A stretch of 64,000 nt of DNA from Azolla caroliniana. Taxonomy: Eukaryota > Plantae > Polypodiophyta. The position numbers and the translations under genes are program-made. The notes beneath the pieces are model-generated. The model ran no database searches. It saw nothing but the letters and a program-made list of their open reading frames with translations, and was not told where the DNA came from. The stretch spans positions 124,001-188,000 of the forward strand of contig JBHGNT010000018.1 of NCBI GenBank assembly GCA_043228905.1, in the 5' to 3' direction. Shown here in pieces: positions 59,960 through 64,000 of this stretch (position 1 is its first letter; each line of letters starts with the position of its first letter).

Positions 59960-62900
59960 AACAAAGATCGGAGAGACTAACGCTAATAAAAAAATTTGCA
60001 TTATAATCTATACATTATGGAATAGCGCACACACCAACATGTATATACATACACTGTACACATGTGACAAGCACACCCACATATTTATTTGATATGCACA
60101 AAATGAAAGCTAAAAGTTCATTGGATTTTGTGGACATATTTTACATGCTTGTGTAAGCCGTTTATGATTGTTCTTATCCAAAAGCACACAGAAATGATAG
60201 TTTCTTTGCAAATTCAAATTTTCACAACAAAAGGTCAGAAAACAAGTTGCTTTAAGCAATCAACATAAAACTGCCTAAAACTTTGAGATTTATTATGTTT
60301 ATAGAAAAGTTTGAATATAATAAAGCACTTTTCTGGTAGGAAATGAATTAAAGCATTAGTCACAATTATTGCTAATGATGCGAATAACAACTTGTCGAAT
60401 CCTTCCCATTCATCTCTTGATATGATGGATAATTTGGAGGGTGAAAACATAGTTGTTTCTTCTAATTGGTTAGCTCATTTCTAAATATCTCATTGGTTCC
60501 TTTAATTATACATATTCTCTTCACGTATGAACATTATAATCATAGTTTTAGAGTAGGAGATTGGAATGTATGCTTATGAGTATTTCCATGTAGGGTTTTG
60601 AATGGAACGGTCAACGCAAGCTGTCATTGTCATGAATAATGCTTTAGAACAATCATTTTATGACATTAGGATGGCAACTTGCAAGCAACCTAAGCTTCAA
60701 AGAAAGGGTCAACATTACTAAAGATGACTAACTTGTTAGTATTGATGTTTAGGTGTATATGGGAAGGAAGTATTGAAATTATTAGAGAATTGCACAAGGC
60801 TTTACTAAAGGGAAAATATATTCCCATGCTTTTGGATGAAGCTTCCGCACAACCCCAGCAAAATCCGACTAATTAATGATGCACATCAAAAAAGAAAAAC
60901 CACACAATTAGGCTAAAGCTCAATTAAGTTTGGCCATATTAGAGGCTTTGTTCAAACTCTCCCTCTAAGAGGAGACTCCCGAGGCACAAAGACACACAAA
61001 GTAAAAGATTTCCTAGATCAATGGAATTGCTCCCCTATTAGACCCACCCTCCCCCCTATTTATATTTCGAATATTTGTCATAAGCAAGAAACCTCTCGTG
61101 TGAGCCACTACCTCAAACAAATGTATCTATGTTAATTACAAAGAAAGGCAAGATTTTGGGTTTCGTTGATGACATTAAATCAAGCTATTGAATTTTTTTT
61201 CTTCGTTTGTATCTCTAACTTTTCCTTTGCATAATCTTTGAATATCAATAGATGTAAAGACAACTTACTTTGTCATCACAATGCAATCCATGCTCCACTT
61301 TCATTCCCTTCTAGATTAATTGTTATTGATTCGTGTCCATGTCTTCTTAATACACCTCATGTATATAGCCAAAAGCACATGGGGTCACAACAAAATCGTG
61401 ATTTGATCAGTATGTCCATTACCCATCAAGCATATCACAAAACAATGTTTGTTAGTTATCATTTCTTCAAATAATTGTGAAGAAACTTTATCACTTAATG
61501 AGACAAAATTGTTTACCTACAATCCAGAATATACATATGGGGACCATATGAGAAAAGTTTTTTTTTTGTCTCTTTGTGATGATGTGTTTTTAGTGGCATA
61601 AACGATATCCCTACGACTACGACCAATAGACATACGCACTCCAACGGTTAGAGGCGTATTGTGTTAACCGAGGCACATGGGTAAAAAATGATGGTATTGT
61701 GTCATCAGAAGACAATGCTAAGTGGAAGGGATTACTTGGGATATAGTTATTGAGTATTCCACACTGCACTTCTCATGATAGATGACACCACATGTTCATT
61801 TTCACCACCCAAAGGTATGAAAATAGTAATATTGCCTTCCAAAAGGCGGCAATCATAATAAATGTATATGATGGGTAGACAAAAGTCTTTGGTCTATCCT
61901 CTCTACATGTTGCATTTGCCCGAAATGCATATGCAAAGGTAGCACTACAAACACAAGGAGATGTACCTATCCCAAAAATAAAATGAGATCACATTTTCCT
62001 TTGCAAGAAACAATAAGCTGGAAAAACCACAATTGCATCAGAAAAAGGCAATGCAAATAAATATTGGAGGTAAAGAGATTACACCCTAGTGAATTGTTGT
62101 GTGTCCTACACATCAACTTTGGCTTAATTATATATGCAAAGGTTGGTGGTGCAACATGTAAGGCATGAAAAACCCTTATAAAATAGGCATTGGGCTTTTT
62201 GCTTTTACTCATTACATATTATGTTATTGTGAAGATAATAATGGCCAACAAAATTGCAAAAGGTACTCGTGAGTCGTGTTGCATGATCAATGGATTGCAA
62301 ATATACAAAAAATGAGAGAGATGTTGATTGGAATGAAATATTTTCTTGCATACATTATTTAATGAGAGAGACTTACTGATAAAGTAGCACCGTAACATGT
62401 GATTGGGGACTACCGCCTTTTTTTTAAGTCCCAAAATCATAAGTAGCCTCAATAAATCAATCAAAAGGCAGCCTCCATTCAATTACGGAACAAAAAGATA
62501 GACTAACCATTTGCTCTATTACAAAACTGTAATTGTAAGGTGCCTAAGAACCCTCTTCAATGCGCAACGAAAACAACCGTCCTTACGTTACAGTATGGAC
62601 AATAGTTAGGTAGTTGTTTAGTAATCAATCTTTACCTTGCACTTTCCAATCTTCCTTGAATAACTTGTGCCTTAGGACTATACACAAATGTACGTGAATC
62701 CCAATTCAATATAATTTAGTGTCTTCTCAACAAAGGTTTCAATTGCACACTCCAACTTAATATGTTAAATGAAGTTTTGATATTTGTGAGAGTCTAATCT
62801 AGAGTAAGGAGCATAATGTAGTGTGCATTGAGATTAAGCAAATATGCCATTTTGTCACAAAATTGTTCGAAAGTTGTGAAAAGCAATACGAATTAACACA

Positions 62901-64000
62901 TGCTTCGATTGAAGTCTTTTATGTACAATATATGTAGAAAAATGTCATCGTTATTGTGGACATATTAACTCTTTGCCACTATGCAATGACCAAACACCTA
63001 CAACTGAAAATATCACACGAGAAGGTTAACATATATCATGGCAGACTAAGCACATTTGGCTAACATTACACAACATTTATGGCTAACATGAGACATCAAT
63101 CGTGCCTAACATGTTGGGATGACACTTTTTTATTATTATGTTGAAAGTTATATACAAATATGTATTATATGTGTAATTCTAATGCACATATATTGTGACT
63201 TGTGAGATACATTTATGATTATCACTCAGAGGATCTCACTTTCCTTTGTTGTTTGTGGATGCAAGTTTGACAATCGAATATGGGAAACTAGTTGACTTAG
63301 TTGAATGTGTCAAGTACATTATGATAGTCTTGTGATTATGAATACAAGGTGGCCAATGTTGGCTAGCAAGTGATAGGTTTGAATAAGACCAAGATGATGA
63401 TAGACTAATGTCATGTTTGAACTAGACGGCAAGTCAAGTTTGTGTTTAGTATGAGTTGGATGAAATCAACTCAATGCCAAGATTGAGATAAATAATGAAA
63501 CCAAGTATGTGTTAAGGCGAAATACCATAAGAAAACTGAAGGCAAAGCATGCCCTTTCCCAGGTTGAAGAATGTATGAAATTTATGATGAGAACGTAATT
63601 AACCCATAACAAAGCTATATGCGTGCTCATAACAAGGTTGGGCTTGGACATAAAGCTAGGCCTTAGTCTTTTTAGTCACAGGGAGGTCAATATCAATGTC
63701 TAATAAGATAGATAGAAAGATATATATCTTTTTAAAGCTCCACGGAGGACTGATTACACTCTAAGAGATGAGGCATAACCAACAACTCTCTTAATGTTAT
63801 GACTTTAATGATATAGTGGAGACCACCAAGCCAACAAACGGAGAGAAGTCAAACGTAAGTAGGTGAAGTATCAAAGTTGAGGTTGGTCAATGTGACGGCG
63901 AAGTAAGAACAAAAGGTAGCGAAGGCAATGAAAAGGTCAAGCGAGGGCCGATTGTGGAGGTCAAGTTTAGACGAGAGAGGCAGTGTGCGTGTGTGTGTGT

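Noticed and set aside
60837-61118. Solo-LTR-like segments (also about 47210-47475, 49090-49525 and 63240-64000)
   Set aside because: The composition is suggestive, but I found no matching TSD, PBS/PPT or second copy in the window.

Overview
Eukaryotic nuclear DNA from a land plant. A seed-free plant such as a fern is likely, judging from protein divergence, mostly short introns and (TATG)n tracts, but this is inference only. I reconstructed six spliced host genes by hand: an OZI1/COX-X2 (DUF1138) small protein (+), a two-LIM protein (-), an XBAT34/35-type ankyrin-RING E3 ligase (+), an NTF2-RRM G3BP-like protein (+), a three-RRM At4g36960-like protein (-) and an At2g31240-like TPR protein (-). 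About a third of the window is transposon. Two apparently identical, intact 5433-bp Ty1/copia elements lie in inverted orientation 10.5 kb apart, each with its own TSD. There is also an internally deleted MULE carrying about 1 kb of probable captured host promoter/5' DNA, a defective copia nested in a hAT-type MITE just upstream of the TPR gene, a second copy of that MITE, three 5'-truncated L1-type LINE copies and a 231-bp higher-order tandem repeat. The most notable points are the twin inverted copia pair enclosing the XBAT gene, the Pack-MULE-like capture, an unrecognised ~35-aa repeat in the TPR protein, GW repeats plus a PSAP motif in the XBAT linker, and candidate uORF/poison-exon control of the RRM gene. 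I saw no prokaryotic-type system, CRISPR array, rRNA or clear tRNA.
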